DNA of 64,000 nucleotides from Bacteroidales bacterium (GCA_018056245.1 JAGPFZ010000004.1:7508-71507), one strand, 5' to 3'; shown: positions 8,539-20,556, counted from the stretch's first letter. Notes: generated by a model not told the origin, from the letters alone. Numbers and translations: made by a program.

Positions 8539-11199
8539 ATGGACTACAATTTTAGGGAAACAGAAAAAAGGTGGCAAAAATATTGGGAAGAAAACAAAAC
8601 TTTTAAAACCCCTGATGACGTATCAAATCCTAAAAAGTACTATGTTCTTGATATGTTTCCGTATCCTTCGGGTTCAGGTCTTCATGTTGGTCATCCTGAA
8701 GGATATACAGCTACCGACATAGTGGCAAGGTATAAAAGGATGAAAGGTTTTAATGTGCTCCACCCAATGGGATGGGATGCTTTCGGATTGCCTGCAGAGC
8801 AATATGCTATTCAGACAGGCACCCATCCTGCAATAACTACAAAAATCAATTGCGATACTTTCCGACGTCAGATAAAGGAGCTGGGATTAAGCTACGACTG
8901 GGACAGAGAAATAAATACTACAGATCCAAAATATTACAAATGGACTCAATGGATTTTTATCAAAATTTATAATACATGGTTTGATGAAGAGGCTGGGAAG
9001 GGAAGACATATTTCTGAATTGCCAATTCCGGAAGAAGTAAAGGAAAAAGGACGTGAAGCGATAAGGAAATACATTGATTCAAAAAGACTGGCTTATTACG
9101 ATAATGCCCAGGTTTGGTGGTGTCCAAATTGCAGGATCGTTTGCGCCAATGAGGAAGTTCTTTCTGACGGTTCTCATGAAAAATGCGGAACTATAGTTGA
9201 AAAAAAGAACCTGAAACAATGGATGCTTCGAATAACTTCTTATGCTGAACGACTTTTGAAAAGTATTGACTCACTCGACTGGCCTGAGGGAATCAAAGAT
9301 ATGCAGAGAAACTGGATTGGCCGATCTGAAGGAGCCGATGTTGATTTTGCTGTTGATGGAATGGAAGAGAAAATAACAGTATTTACAACAAGACCGGATA
9401 CATTGTTTGGCGCAACCTACCTTGTGATCGCTCCTGAACATCCTTTAGTGAAAAAACTTACAAAATCCGAAAGAAAAGCTGATGTTGAAAATTATATACA
9501 GGCAGCTTCTCTTAAGTCGGATCTTGATCGTACAGATCTCTCCAGAGAGAAGACAGGCGTCTTTACCGACAGTTATGCAATTAATCCGGTAAATCTCAAT
9601 AAAATACCAATATGGGTAGCAGATTATGTACTTACAGGCTATGGTACAGGAGCAATAATGGGAGTTCCGGCACATGACACTCGAGATTTTGAATTCGCTA
9701 TTAAGTTCGGGTTACCTGTAATCTGTATAATGGACCCCGATACTGATGACGAGGAACAGAGAAAACGGATACTCGCTGGTTATGAATGCTGGACTGAAGA
9801 TGGCCGCTATATCAATTCATCAAATAACATAACCGGCATCAATATTAATGGACTTAACAAAGAAGCCGGCATATCAAAAATAATTGCATGGCTTGAAGAA
9901 AATAAACTGGGTAAAGCAAAAGTGAATTACAAATTACGCGATTGGTTATTCAGCCGACAACGCTACTGGGGAGAGCCTTTCCCCGTAATTCACTGGGAGG
10001 ACGGTGAAATTTCAGTTCTTGACGAAAATGAACTCCCACTTGAACTGCCACCACTCGAAAATTACCAACCTGGAGAAACAGGAGAATCACCACTGGTCAA
10101 TGCAACCAACTGGCTAAATGTTACCGACGCAAACGGCAGGAAAGGAAGACGGGAAACCAATACTATGCCACAGTGGGCTGGTTCATGCTGGTATTACCTG
10201 AGATTTATCGACCCTAAAAACGACAATGAAATATTCGACCCTGCAAAAGAAAAATACTGGATGCCAGTCGATCTCTATATAGGAGGAGCCGAACATGCAG
10301 TGCTTCACCTTCTCTACAGCCGATTCTGGCACAAAATATTATTCGACCTGGGTATTGTCTCAACCGATGAACCATACAAGAAATTATTCAATCAGGGTAT
10401 GATACTTGCCTTTGCTTATGAAACCAATAAAGGCGCAAAAGTATCGAGCGATATGGTTGTTGAAAAAAATGGAAAATATTATCATAAAGACACAGGAGAG
10501 GAACTAAGACAAATAGTTGCTAAGATGTCAAAAACTCTCAAGAATGTGATCAATCCTGATGATGTGGTGAACAAATATGGCGCTGATTCACTTAGGCTTT
10601 ATGAAATGTTTATGGGACCTCTCGAAGTAACCAAACCATGGGATGAGAAAGGTGTAAAAGGTGTTTTCGGATTCCTCGTCAAGACTTTCAGGTTCCTTTC
10701 GGATAAAAACAATATTTTCGTGGGAGATGAAGACCCGAAAGTACTTAAAGTACTTCACCAGACAATTAAAAAAGTAGAAGGAGATATAGAAGGATTAAAA
10801 TTCAATACCGCTATTTCTTCAATGATGATTTTTATAAACCTTGTAACCCGAAAGGGTAAAATAACAAAAACTAGCGCCGAAGCTTTCATAAAAATATTGT
10901 CTCCATTTGCACCTCATGTTTCAGAAGAATTGTGGAATTTGCTCGGACATGAAAAAACTCTTGCTTATGAACCATGGCCTGAATATAATGAGGAATATCT
11001 TAAAGAAGATGTATTTGAATATCCTGTATCCTTTAACGGCAAACTCAGGTTTAAACTCGAGCTCCCACTTTCAATGAACAAAGATGAAATATCAGCACGC
11101 GTCCTTTCGGATGATAGAACTACTAAATGGCTTGCAGGCAAAAAACCAGATAATATAATTGTAGTCCCGGGAAAAATTGTCAATGTGGTAATCAAATAA
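8539..11199 (+). CDS. leuS: leucine--tRNA ligase
   Basis: 886 aa. HIGH motif as [21 protein letters not shown] motif as KMSKTLKNV, and a CP1 editing domain. Confidence 0.95.
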   Translation: MDYNFRETEKRWQKYWEENKTFKTPDDVSNPKKYYVLDMFPYPSGSGLHVGHPEGYTATDIVARYKRMKGFNVLHPMGWDAFGLPAEQYAIQTGTHPAITTKINCDTFRRQIKELGLSYDWDREINTTDPKYYKWTQWIFIKIYNTWFDEEAGKGRHISELPIPEEVKEKGREAIRKYIDSKRLAYYDNAQVWWCPNCRIVCANEEVLSDGSHEKCGTIVEKKNLKQWMLRITSYAERLLKSIDSLDWPEGIKDMQRNWIGRSEGADVDFAVDGMEEKITVFTTRPDTLFGATYLVIAPEHPLVKKLTKSERKADVENYIQAASLKSDLDRTDLSREKTGVFTDSYAINPVNLNKIPIWVADYVLTGYGTGAIMGVPAHDTRDFEFAIKFGLPVICIMDPDTDDEEQRKRILAGYECWTEDGRYINSSNNITGININGLNKEAGISKIIAWLEENKLGKAKVNYKLRDWLFSRQRYWGEPFPVIHWEDGEISVLDENELPLELPPLENYQPGETGESPLVNATNWLNVTDANGRKGRRETNTMPQWAGSCWYYLRFIDPKNDNEIFDPAKEKYWMPVDLYIGGAEHAVLHLLYSRFWHKILFDLGIVSTDEPYKKLFNQGMILAFAYETNKGAKVSSDMVVEKNGKYYHKDTGEELRQIVAKMSKTLKNVINPDDVVNKYGADSLRLYEMFMGPLEVTKPWDEKGVKGVFGFLVKTFRFLSDKNNIFVGDEDPKVLKVLHQTIKKVEGDIEGLKFNTAISSMMIFINLVTRKGKITKTSAEAFIKILSPFAPHVSEELWNLLGHEKTLAYEPWPEYNEEYLKEDVFEYPVSFNGKLRFKLELPLSMNKDEISARVLSDDRTTKWLAGKKPDNIIVVPGKIVNVVIK

Positions 11200-11224
11200 C
11201 GAAACCTACATTATACGCTTACCT

Positions 11225-12484
11225 ATGCCGGATAAAATCATTTCATACTTTAATGGCACAATAATTTATTTTTTATCCACTTTAATTTTATTTGGCACAT
11301 TACTTTGCAAGCCAATACAAAAAACAAATTCTGACCAGCCACAAGTGAATAACAGTGTAATTAAAGAAAATAAAACAGAGTCTGTTTTATATGGAATTCC
11401 GGCCGATTCGTTTAATATTAGCAAAGGAATTATTAAACCTAATACTTTTTTATCCGATTTATTGTCTCACTACGGAATTTCTCCTTCTACTGTTGAGACA
11501 CTTGTAAAAAATTCGAAAGATGTGTTTGACGTAAGAAAGATCAGAGCCCGACATGAATATATGGCTGTGACGGATTTTGCTGACACTACACGGCTGAGAT
11601 ACTTCATTTACAAACATGAACCGGGTCTTTCATATATCTTCAGTTTTAATGATTCACTAAACATTACACCATATATTACAAAGCCCGAATCGTTAATCAA
11701 ATTTTCATCCTTTACCATTGAAACCTCACTGTGGGATGCAATGGAAAAAGCAGGCGTAAATCCCGAACTTGCAATAGTTCTTTCAGAGATATTTGCATGG
11801 ACAGTAGATTTTTTTGGTTTACAAAAAGGAGACAAATTCAAAGTTATTTACGAAGAAAAAATTTTAGACGAAAATTATGTTGCTCCCGGGAAAATTTTCG
11901 GAGCGTCTTTTATATCTGGTAAACGCGAATATATGGCAATCCCTCTGATACAGGATGGAAAAGAAGATTATTATGATACCGATGGGACAAGCCTTCGCAA
12001 GGCTTTTCTTAAAGCTCCTCTTAAATTCAGTCGCATATCATCCCGTTATTCTGCCGGAAGAATGCATCCTATTTTAAGAATTGTTAGACCTCATTATGGA
12101 GTAGATTATGCAGCACCTATCGGCACACCGGTTTATACAGTAGGCGACGGAGTAATTACAGAAACAGGGTCGGACGGAGAAGCCGGAAAGTATGTCAAAA
12201 TAAAACATAATAGCGTCTATTCCACAGCTTATTTGCATTTGAGTTCATATGCCAGAGGTATTACACCAGGTGCTGCAGTCAAACAAGGAGACTTGATAGG
12301 TTTTGTAGGAAATAGTGGCCTGTCAACAGGCCCACATCTCGATTTCAGATTCTATAAAAACGGCTATCCAGTTGATCCACTTAAAGTGGAAGCACCTCCG
12401 TCTGAACCTGTAAAAAAAGAAAATATAGAAAAATTTAATAAAATAAAGTTCGTCATCTCTCTTCTCTTAAGCCAAATTGATTAA
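11225..12484 (+). CDS. M23-family metallopeptidase with N-terminal membrane anchor
   Basis: HYGVDYAAPIGTPV...GNSGLSTGPHLDFRFY (the HxxxD and HxH-type M23 motifs). N-terminal TM helix. Confidence 0.8.
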   Translation: MPDKIISYFNGTIIYFLSTLILFGTLLCKPIQKTNSDQPQVNNSVIKENKTESVLYGIPADSFNISKGIIKPNTFLSDLLSHYGISPSTVETLVKNSKDVFDVRKIRARHEYMAVTDFADTTRLRYFIYKHEPGLSYIFSFNDSLNITPYITKPESLIKFSSFTIETSLWDAMEKAGVNPELAIVLSEIFAWTVDFFGLQKGDKFKVIYEEKILDENYVAPGKIFGASFISGKREYMAIPLIQDGKEDYYDTDGTSLRKAFLKAPLKFSRISSRYSAGRMHPILRIVRPHYGVDYAAPIGTPVYTVGDGVITETGSDGEAGKYVKIKHNSVYSTAYLHLSSYARGITPGAAVKQGDLIGFVGNSGLSTGPHLDFRFYKNGYPVDPLKVEAPPSEPVKKENIEKFNKIKFVISLLLSQID

Positions 12485-13055
12485 TACTTTCACCTGTAAT
12501 TATTTTTTCAATTACCTCAGGGTAATATCTGTATTCAAGTTCATGAACTTTTTTTGCAAGAGAATCAACTGTCTCTTCCGGATTAATCGGACAATGCGCT
12601 TGAAAAATAATATCACCCTCATCATATCCCTCATTAACATAATGTATCGTTATCCCCGATTCTTTCTCACCAGCTTCTATGACTGCCCTGTGAACTCTGT
12701 CACCGTACATGCCTTTTCCGCCATACCTGGGCAATAGTGCAGGATGAATATTTATAATTTTCCCCTTATATCTGTTAAGAATATTTTCAGGCACAAGCCA
12801 TAAAAACCCAGCCAGAACAATAAAATCAATATTGTTTGAAATAAGTGTTTCAAGTACCTCATCTGTTTCATAAAATTCATGATGGTCGAAAATTTTTACA
12901 GCAATATTGTATTGCTTCGCTCTTTTAATTACATAAGCTTTCGGATTATTTGACAAAACAAGAGCTACTTTTGCACTTTCTTTGTTCAAAAAATATTTAA
13001 TTATGTTTTCAGCATTGGTCCCTGATCCAGATGCAAAAATCGATATATTATTCAT
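12453..13055 (-). CDS. purN: phosphoribosylglycinamide formyltransferase
   Basis: N-terminal IFASGSGTNAENI, then LAGFLWLVP and NIHPALLPRYGGKGMYG, the PurN signatures. Confidence 0.9.
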   Translation of the reverse strand: MNNISIFASGSGTNAENIIKYFLNKESAKVALVLSNNPKAYVIKRAKQYNIAVKIFDHHEFYETDEVLETLISNNIDFIVLAGFLWLVPENILNRYKGKIINIHPALLPRYGGKGMYGDRVHRAVIEAGEKESGITIHYVNEGYDEGDIIFQAHCPINPEETVDSLAKKVHELEYRYYPEVIEKIITGESINQFGLREER

Positions 13056-13238
13056 TTACAATATATTATACTAAATGCTTAATTTCTGCTATAAAGATTG
13101 TAATTTACTTTATATGATTGATTTATAAAAATTTGTAATCATTTTTACATAAAAATAGGTTAAATCATTTGAAAAATATTGTACAAATATATTTCTTTGC
13201 ACTAACTTTAAATTGAATATTAACTAAAATTTAAGATT

Positions 13239-13475
13239 ATGTCAGACATTGCCAAAAGAGTAAAAGAGATTATCGTTAACAAACTGGGAGTAGATGAATC
13301 CGAAGTAACTCCAGAAGCTAGTTTTACCAATGACCTTGGAGCTGATTCTCTTGATACAATTGAGCTCATTATGGAATTTGAAAAAGAGTTCAATATTGGA
13401 ATACCAGACGACCAGGCAGAATCAATCAATACAGTTGGAGAAGCGATTAAGTATATCGAGGAGAATGCAAAGTAA
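13239..13475 (+). CDS. acpP: acyl carrier protein
   Basis: 78 aa with the phosphopantetheine site [16 protein letters not shown]. Confidence 0.95.
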   Translation: MSDIAKRVKEIIVNKLGVDESEVTPEASFTNDLGADSLDTIELIMEFEKEFNIGIPDDQAESINTVGEAIKYIEENAK

Positions 13476-13499
13476 TTTTGCACTCTAATAATGTTTTCT

Positions 13500-14747
13500 A
13501 TGAAAAGAGTTGTAGTAACAGGAATGGGGGCTTTGACTCCAATAGGAAATACTTTGCCTGAATATTGGGAAGCATTGAAAAATGGTGTCAGTGGTTCAGA
13601 TTTTATTACAAAATTCGATACAGAAAAATTTAAGACAAAGTTTGCCTGTGAGTTAAAAAACTACGATTCGAATAAATATTTCGAAAGAAAAGAGGCCAAC
13701 AAAATTGATGTTTATTCGCAATATGCTCTTATTGCAGCCGAGGAAGCAATTCAGGACTCGGGCCTGGATCTTGACAAAATCGACAGAGATCATACAGGAG
13801 TTATATTATCCTCCGGTATAGGAGGTCTGGATACTTTTTATAATCAAATCAAAAGTTTTGCACTTGGTGACGGTACTCCAAGATTCAGCCCCTATTTCAT
13901 CCCCAAAATGATAAGCAATATTGCCGCTGGACTGATTTCCATGAAGTACAGCTTCAGAGGTCCGAGCTTTTCGATCGTTTCAGCATGCGCTTCTTCGACA
14001 AATGCTATAATTGACGCTGTAACCTACATAAAGCTTGGCAAGGCTTCTGTTTTCATTTCGGGAGGTTCTGAAGCAGCAATAAATGAGCCTGGTATAGGAG
14101 GCTTTAACTCAATGCAGGCGCTGTCAACTAATAATGAAGAGTATAAGACAGCGTCCCGTCCTTTTGATAAGACAAGAGACGGTTTTGTAATGGGCGAAGG
14201 GGCAGGTGCTCTCATACTTGAAGATTACGAACATGCAAAAGCAAGAGGAGCCAAAATATATGCTGAAATTATTGGCATTGGAATGTCTTCTGATGCATAT
14301 CATATCACAGCTCCTCATCCTGAAGGACTTGGCGCAATAAATGTTATGAAATTTGCACTTGAAGATGCCGGGCTTAAACCGGAGGATATTGATTATATTA
14401 ATGTTCATGGCACTGCCACACCTCTTGGAGATATAGCCGAAGCAAAAGCTATTATAAAAGTGTTCGGTGAACATGCTTATAAACTCAATATAAGCTCTAC
14501 TAAATCAATGACCGGGCATTTGCTCGGTGCTGCCGGCGCAATTGAAGCAATTGCCACTATAATGGCCGTAAAAAATGATGTCGTTCCACCTACAATTAAT
14601 TTCAAAGTCCCTGACCCTGAAATTGACCCTAATCTAAATCTGACAATTAATAAATCACAGAACAGAAGAATTTACGCCGCTATGTCCAACACTTTTGGTT
14701 TTGGCGGTCAAAATGCTTCCCTTGTAATAAAGAAATTTGAGAATTAG
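13500..14747 (+). CDS. fabF: beta-ketoacyl-ACP synthase II
   Basis: MKRVVVTGMG start, active-site ACASS, HGTATPLGD and GHLLGAAG, and C-terminal FGFGGQNASL. The track ORF begins 9 nt upstream at 13491. Confidence 0.93.
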   Translation: MKRVVVTGMGALTPIGNTLPEYWEALKNGVSGSDFITKFDTEKFKTKFACELKNYDSNKYFERKEANKIDVYSQYALIAAEEAIQDSGLDLDKIDRDHTGVILSSGIGGLDTFYNQIKSFALGDGTPRFSPYFIPKMISNIAAGLISMKYSFRGPSFSIVSACASSTNAIIDAVTYIKLGKASVFISGGSEAAINEPGIGGFNSMQALSTNNEEYKTASRPFDKTRDGFVMGEGAGALILEDYEHAKARGAKIYAEIIGIGMSSDAYHITAPHPEGLGAINVMKFALEDAGLKPEDIDYINVHGTATPLGDIAEAKAIIKVFGEHAYKLNISSTKSMTGHLLGAAGAIEAIATIMAVKNDVVPPTINFKVPDPEIDPNLNLTINKSQNRRIYAAMSNTFGFGGQNASLVIKKFEN

Positions 14748-15474
14748 CACTTTGTTTTCGCGGGGAAAAAACGGCACATTGTTCCTCAACAGGAAGATTT
14801 TTAAATCAGATATCGGAAAGATACTTGGTACAAAACCTGGTAATCTTCGTATTTATGAATTGGCCTTAATACATCGGTCAGCATCACTTACTCTACCAGA
14901 CGGCAGCAAAATTAACAATGAACGACTTGAATTTCTGGGCGACTCAATATTGAATTGTGTATTATCCGATTACCTTTTTAAGAAATTTCCCGAAGCAAAT
15001 GAAGGCTTTATGACTAAAATCAGGTCAAAAATAGTCAACGGAGACGTACTAAATCAGATTGCTCTATCAATAGGAATTGATAAAATATTAATTTCCAATC
15101 TTTCACCCCTCAATAACACTAAAAAACTTTATGGCAATGCTTTTGAGGCTTTTACCGGCGCCATTTTTATTGATAAAGGATATGCAGGCACAAAAAAATT
15201 CATTGTTAATCAGGTTATTGGTAAATACATTGACTTTGAAAAACTAATAAACACCGATAACGACTATAAAAGCCTTGTCCTCGAATGGATACAAAAAAGA
15301 AAACTGAATCTTTCTTTCATAAACAACGAGGATTACGACAACAAGTTGAAAAAGCCAATTTTTTCGTCTCAGATTATTATTGACGGCAAAAAATATGGTC
15401 AGGGTTTGGGTAACTCAAAAAAAGAAGCCGAACAGGAAGCATCGCGGCAAGCATGGGAAAAGATAAATATATGA
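14737..15474 (+). CDS. rnc: ribonuclease III
   Basis: RNase III signature ERLEFLGDSIL plus a C-terminal dsRBD (GNSKKEAEQEASRQA). TTG start overlaps the end of fabF. Confidence 0.9.
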   Translation: MRISTLFSRGKNGTLFLNRKIFKSDIGKILGTKPGNLRIYELALIHRSASLTLPDGSKINNERLEFLGDSILNCVLSDYLFKKFPEANEGFMTKIRSKIVNGDVLNQIALSIGIDKILISNLSPLNNTKKLYGNAFEAFTGAIFIDKGYAGTKKFIVNQVIGKYIDFEKLINTDNDYKSLVLEWIQKRKLNLSFINNEDYDNKLKKPIFSSQIIIDGKKYGQGLGNSKKEAEQEASRQAWEKINI

Positions 15475-15899
15475 AATCGGGTAAAAAAATTACCAGGATA
15501 AAACTCGAAAATGTTGTCAATGAGATGAATTCACCTGTCCTCGGAATCGTTTCAGCAGAACCTGATTATAAAATATCTATTGCGTTAAACAGGAAACTCA
15601 ATATCTCACTTAAAAAAACGATTCCTTATGAAATAAGCAGCAACAAACAAAGCTTTAGCAGGTTTATTGATTTTTCAGGAATGCCTGAAACTTCTTTTGT
15701 ACTGGTTTCCAATAAGTCGGGAGACTCTTTCCTTTCTAAGAAATATAGCCGCATTGATTATTTTCTCAAACTTTCAGGTTCTATTCACATACAGGAGTCA
15801 GGAAAACTGCTATCAAGTTTGAGAGAAATCAATGGCATAGTAGCAATATTTCCCCTGAAAAGCAACGAATTCGACATTAATATTTTTAATCCTTATTAA
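15471..15899 (+). CDS. conserved hypothetical, probably an IPExxxVDY-family protein
   Basis: VLGIVSAEPDYKISIALNRKL near the N-terminus and ...SRIDYFLKL near the C-terminus resemble that Bacteroidota family, which I recall typically lying downstream of rnc. ATG 15471 overlaps the rnc stop as ATGA. The track ORF starts at 15453. Confidence 0.55.
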   Translation: MKSGKKITRIKLENVVNEMNSPVLGIVSAEPDYKISIALNRKLNISLKKTIPYEISSNKQSFSRFIDFSGMPETSFVLVSNKSGDSFLSKKYSRIDYFLKLSGSIHIQESGKLLSSLREINGIVAIFPLKSNEFDINIFNPY

Positions 15900-16001
15900 G
15901 TTCCAAAACAAAATCCTAAAGGCTAAATACTGCCATAAACTTATAAATGTAATAATTTATCCGGATATTCAGCTTTGCAAGTGATGAATTATCAAAAAGA
16001 A

Positions 16002-16023
16002 AAGCCGCCGGAACCGGCGGCTT
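16002..16023. terminator. bidirectional intrinsic terminator
   Basis: AAGCCGCCGG-AA-CCGGCGGCTT flanked by ATCAAAAAGAAA on the left and ACTTTTTGAT on the right. Confidence 0.7.
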
Positions 16024-16223
16024 ACTTTTTGATAACCCTAAAACTAACCTAACCTATGAAAAAAACCTCTTATTTTAATGCTCAAATATCGTGCCAAAAC
16101 GATACAAAGGTATAAATAATTTTTTTATTAGAAAATTTAATATCAGGAAAATTACATTTTTAACAAAATTTTAATATTATATTAAAAATATTAAGAAATC
16201 ATTATTAAATTAAAAAAGATAAA

Positions 16224-16267
16224 GTTAACCAGTCATGCAGGTTGTTAAAGAAAGTTAAATTGTGTTA
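16224..16267 (+). promoter_or_regulatory. four phased GTTAA direct repeats upstream of the HK/RR operon (candidate response-regulator site)
   Basis: GTTAA at 16224, 16244, 16254 and 16263, giving spacings of 20, 10 and 9 bp. Motif match only. Confidence 0.3.
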
Positions 16268-16286
16268 AAAATAAATGAGATACAAC

Positions 16287-16294
16287 TACTTTTG
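16287..16294 (+). promoter_or_regulatory. Bacteroidota -7 box (TAnnTTTG) candidate
   Basis: TACTTTTG ends 6 nt before ATG 16301, which implies a near-leaderless mRNA. Motif match only. Confidence 0.3.
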
Positions 16295-16300
16295 TAAATA

Positions 16301-17854
16301 ATGAAAAAGAAATTAATAGTAATTCTTGCCCTTTTCTTTTTTATTACTATTTCCGGGCTCACACTTATCCAGTTATATTGGATAAGGAATGCTATTTCAA
16401 TTACCGACCAGCAATTTCGCTATCAAGTAAATAAAGTTCTTGAAACAGTTGTAATGAACCTTGAGGAAAAAGAATTAATTAACAGAATAATTGAAGAAAT
16501 TGATACTTCAAGCATAAATCAAAAAAATATTGCATTACCTCCTAATGCCTCGACCAATGAATCGTCAAGTTATCCAGGGGAGACAAAACGTTTTGAGATA
16601 TATGGCCTCAATTATTTAGAAAAACCAATTGTTGTTGATAGAAAAGGACAGCAAATTATTATTTCTTCGGAAGATGAAAATTTCTTATTTGCAGGCGACA
16701 CACTCGAAAATGTTACCGAAACAATGGTGCCCGGCATAAAAAAACGCATTGCTAACAAAATAATTTCCATTGAAACAATAATGGGAAAAATGCTTAGTAA
16801 TACTCCTGATATTAACGACAGAATAAATCCTCAAGTTATTACCAGTCTTCTCGACGAGGCTCTAATGAATGCAGGAATTCCGCTTAAATATGAAGTTGCC
16901 GTTACTTCGGGTAGACCCGGAATAGTGTGGAAAACCCCCGGATATAAAGATACACCTGGTATAAATCGATTTATGAGACAACTTTTCCCGAACGATCCTG
17001 TTCCAGGCCAAAACCATTTGATCATCTATTTCCCTCAGGAACGTCAATATAAAATTGAAAAAATTGGTTTCCTCGGACTTATGTCAATACTTTTTACTTT
17101 ACTGCTTATTTTTCTTGCTACAGGAACATTTATTGTCATCTTCCGGCAGAAAAAAATATCCGAGATAAGAAACGATTTCATACACAATATGACACATGAA
17201 CTTAAGACGCCCATTTCAACAATTTCCCTTGCTGCCCAGATGTTATCAGATAAATCTATATCGAGTGATATAAAAGATGTTGATAGCCTTGCCAAAATTG
17301 TGTCGGACGAGAGTCTCAAACTTAAATATCATGTAGAAAATGTATTGCAAACTGCAATTTTTGAACATGCCAAACTTAAACTCAATCTGACCGAAACTGA
17401 TGTCCACGAAATACTTAACCGTATAATTGAAGGGTTAAGCCTTCAAATAAAATCTGTTAACGGAACAATAATAAAAGACTTTCAATCTAAAAGCCATGTG
17501 ATACAGATTGATGAAGTACATTTTTTAAATGCTGTTTCTAACCTTCTCGACAACGCAATTAAGTATTCAAAAGATAAATTGGAAATCACTGTTTCAACAC
17601 GCGATACGAAAAACAATATTATAATTACCATCGAAGATAATGGCATTGGAATTTCTCATAAAGATCTGAAGAAAATTTTTGAGAAATTTTACAGAGTACA
17701 TACAGGCAATATTCATAATGTTAAGGGATTCGGCCTTGGTCTGAGTTACGTCAAAAAAGTCATCGACGACCATAACGGCACTATTAAAGTTGAGAGTCAG
17801 CCTGGGAAAGGAACAAAGTTTACTATATACTTACCTAAAAATAGAAAACAATGA
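16301..17854 (+). CDS. sensor histidine kinase (two TM helices flanking a ~230-aa extracytoplasmic domain)
   Basis: H-box [14 protein letters not shown]-box [10 protein letters not shown]-boxes EDNGIGI and GFGLGLSYV. Confidence 0.9.
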   Translation: MKKKLIVILALFFFITISGLTLIQLYWIRNAISITDQQFRYQVNKVLETVVMNLEEKELINRIIEEIDTSSINQKNIALPPNASTNESSSYPGETKRFEIYGLNYLEKPIVVDRKGQQIIISSEDENFLFAGDTLENVTETMVPGIKKRIANKIISIETIMGKMLSNTPDINDRINPQVITSLLDEALMNAGIPLKYEVAVTSGRPGIVWKTPGYKDTPGINRFMRQLFPNDPVPGQNHLIIYFPQERQYKIEKIGFLGLMSILFTLLLIFLATGTFIVIFRQKKISEIRNDFIHNMTHELKTPISTISLAAQMLSDKSISSDIKDVDSLAKIVSDESLKLKYHVENVLQTAIFEHAKLKLNLTETDVHEILNRIIEGLSLQIKSVNGTIIKDFQSKSHVIQIDEVHFLNAVSNLLDNAIKYSKDKLEITVSTRDTKNNIIITIEDNGIGISHKDLKKIFEKFYRVHTGNIHNVKGFGLGLSYVKKVIDDHNGTIKVESQPGKGTKFTIYLPKNRKQ

Positions 17855-18537
17855 AAAAAAGAAAAATTCTTCTTGCGGAAGATGATAAAAATCTGGGGGC
17901 ACTTCTGCGGAATTATCTTAATATGAAAAATTTCGATACCACTCTTTGTGCAAATGGGAAAGAAGCTCTTGAGGTTTTTTTAAAAGAACCGTTCGACCTC
18001 TGCTTACTTGATATAATGATGCCCGAAATTGACGGAATTACTCTTGCAAAGGAGATAAGAAATAAAATACCAGACATGCCGATTATCTTCCTTACTGCCA
18101 AAAATATGAAAGAAGATATAATTGAGGGATTCAAATCGGGCGCTGATGATTACATTACAAAACCATTTTCAATGGATGAGCTTATCTATCGTATTGAGGC
18201 TATATTGAGGCGAGTATCAGATAAAAAGGATTACAAAAAGGAAGAAATTTATAAAATAGGCGAATATACATTTAACACTCTTAATCGGATACTTACATGG
18301 CACGATAAGTCACTTAAACTTACAACAAAAGAATCAGAGCTTCTTGAACTTCTTTGTTCTCATAGAAATGAGATACTTGAAAGGAATTATGCACTTAAGG
18401 CTATATGGGTTGACGATAACTATTTCAATGCCAGAAGCATGGATGTCTATATAACAAAACTTCGTAAATATCTTAAAGACGATCCATCGGTCAAAATTCT
18501 TAATGTCCACGGGAAAGGTTATAAACTAATATCATAA
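17851..18537 (+). CDS. OmpR/PhoB-family response regulator
   Basis: Receiver motifs ([19 protein letters not shown]) plus a C-terminal winged helix ([12 protein letters not shown]...VHGKGYKL). 4-nt overlap with the kinase gene. Confidence 0.9.
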   Translation: MKKRKILLAEDDKNLGALLRNYLNMKNFDTTLCANGKEALEVFLKEPFDLCLLDIMMPEIDGITLAKEIRNKIPDMPIIFLTAKNMKEDIIEGFKSGADDYITKPFSMDELIYRIEAILRRVSDKKDYKKEEIYKIGEYTFNTLNRILTWHDKSLKLTTKESELLELLCSHRNEILERNYALKAIWVDDNYFNARSMDVYITKLRKYLKDDPSVKILNVHGKGYKLIS

Positions 18538-18542
18538 CAAAT

Positions 18543-18574
18543 TACCCTGACTCAGTATTTTCCTAGTCAGGGTA
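18543..18574 (+). terminator. hairpin downstream of the response regulator gene
   Basis: TACCCTGACT-N12-AGTCAGGGTA. The T-tract is weak. Confidence 0.5.
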
Positions 18575-18709
18575 TATATAGAAATGTCAGGTTAGTAGGT
18601 TTAGAATTTTGACTGTAGGATAAATAATTTACATGAGCCCAAAATATAAAAATTTTTTTGTTTTTAAAATATCCTATATGGAGGTGATATATTCAAAGTA
18701 AAATTGAAT

Positions 18710-20497
18710 TTATTCGAGTTTAAGTACTGCGAGGAATGCTTGTTGTGGAACCTGGATATTCCCTATCTGACGCATTTTCTTTTTGCCTTTCTTTTGTTTT
18801 TCAAGTAGTTTTCTTTTGCGTGTAATGTCTCCACCATAACATTTTGCAGTCACATCTTTTCTTACTGCTTTTACAGTTTCACGTGCAATTATTTTCGAAC
18901 CGATAGCTGCTTGAATTGCAATTTCAAATTGCTGACGTGGAATGAGCTCTTTCAATTTAGTACACATCTTGCGGCCAAAATCATAAGCATGACTTCGATG
19001 GATCAGTGTTGACAATGCATCAACCATTTCCCCGTTAAGCAGAATATCAAGTCGAACGAGCTCGGCTTCATGGTATGAGGTATAATAATAATCGAAGGAT
19101 GCGTATCCTTTTGAAATACTTTTCAGTTTATCATAAAAATCGAATACGATTTCTGAAAGCGGCATTTCAAAAGTAATCTCAACTCTGTCCCGTGTAAGAT
19201 AAATTTGATTTATAAGTGTTCCCCTTTTTTCAATACAAAGTTTCATAATAGGGCCGACATAATCGGCAAGAGTTATAATCTTTGCGATTATGTATGGTTC
19301 TTCTATATGTTCAATCTGAACCACAGGTGGAAGGCTTGATGGATTGTGGATTTCAATTTCTTCTCCTTTTTTTGTATAAACTTTATACGACACATTCGGA
19401 ACTGTAGTAATAACATTCATATTAAATTCCCTGTCGAGTCTTTCCTGTACTATTTCCATATGCAGGAGGCCTAAGAACCCGCATCTGAAGCCAAAGCCCA
19501 GAGCTGCTGAGGACTCAGGTACAAAAGATAGAGCTGCATCATTAAGCCTGAGTTTTTCAATTGATGACTTCAGATCTTCATAATCATCAGCATTTACCGG
19601 ATATATGCCTGCAAAAACCATGGGTTTAACTTCTTCAAAACCTGAAATCGCTTCAGTACAAGATCTTTCGATATGAGTTATTGTATCGCCAACACGTACT
19701 TCCGATGAATCTTTAATACCAGAGATAATATACCCCACATCTCCGGTGCCCATAAAATCACGTGGTTGAAGTTTCAGCTTAAAAACTCCTATTTCATAAG
19801 CTTCATACTCTTGGCCAGTTGAGAAAAACTTTACAAGGTCGCCTTTCCTAATCGAGCCATTCATTATTTTATAATATGCAATTATACCACGGAAAGGGTT
19901 ATAAATAGAATCAAAAATCAAAGCCTGTAAAGGAGCATCGGGTGAACCTGAAGGAGGAGGTATTTTTTTTACAATATCGTTTAATATCCTTTCTACGCCC
20001 ATTCCTGTTTTTGCGCTTGCCTCAATAATATCTTCTCTCGGGCACCCCAGAAGATCAACAATTTGGTCTTTTACTTCTTCCGGCATTGCAGTTGCCATAT
20101 CCATTTTATTTAAAACAGGTATTATTTCAAGGTTGTGCTCTAGAGCCATATAAAGATTAGATATTGTTTGTGCCTGTATCCCTTGCGTTGCATCAATAAC
20201 AAGCAGAGCCCCTTCACATGCGGCAATCGATCTCGACACTTCATAAGAAAAATCAACATGGCCTGGAGTGTCGATTAAATTAAGTATATATTTCTGGCCT
20301 TCGAAAAAATATTCCATCTGTATTGGATGGCTTTTAATCGTTATCCCTCTCTCTTTCTCGAGTTCCATATTATCCAGTACCTGGTCTTGATGTACTCTTT
20401 CCGAAAGAGTGTTAGTTTTTTCCAGAAGACGATCGGCCAATGTGCTTTTACCGTGATCGATATGAGCTATTATACAAAAGTTACGGATATTATTCAT
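18710..20497 (-). CDS. lepA: translation elongation factor 4
   Basis: [32 protein letters not shown], and the LepA-specific C-terminal domain. The ATG at 20497 (MNNIRNF) is preferred over the track start at 20524. Confidence 0.95.
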   Translation of the reverse strand: MNNIRNFCIIAHIDHGKSTLADRLLEKTNTLSERVHQDQVLDNMELEKERGITIKSHPIQMEYFFEGQKYILNLIDTPGHVDFSYEVSRSIAACEGALLVIDATQGIQAQTISNLYMALEHNLEIIPVLNKMDMATAMPEEVKDQIVDLLGCPREDIIEASAKTGMGVERILNDIVKKIPPPSGSPDAPLQALIFDSIYNPFRGIIAYYKIMNGSIRKGDLVKFFSTGQEYEAYEIGVFKLKLQPRDFMGTGDVGYIISGIKDSSEVRVGDTITHIERSCTEAISGFEEVKPMVFAGIYPVNADDYEDLKSSIEKLRLNDAALSFVPESSAALGFGFRCGFLGLLHMEIVQERLDREFNMNVITTVPNVSYKVYTKKGEEIEIHNPSSLPPVVQIEHIEEPYIIAKIITLADYVGPIMKLCIEKRGTLINQIYLTRDRVEITFEMPLSEIVFDFYDKLKSISKGYASFDYYYTSYHEAELVRLDILLNGEMVDALSTLIHRSHAYDFGRKMCTKLKELIPRQQFEIAIQAAIGSKIIARETVKAVRKDVTAKCYGGDITRKRKLLEKQKKGKKKMRQIGNIQVPQQAFLAVLKLE

Positions 20498-20556
20498 AAT
20501 CAATGATGGATAAAGGCGATGCAAATATAAAAAATAATTACAACCTTATATAAAAT

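Noticed and set aside
16056-16115. 19-codon ORF (MKKTSYFNAQISCQNDTKV) in the rnc/HK spacer
   Set aside because: There are no supporting signals and it is too short to judge. It also overlaps the candidate minus-strand sRNA promoter.
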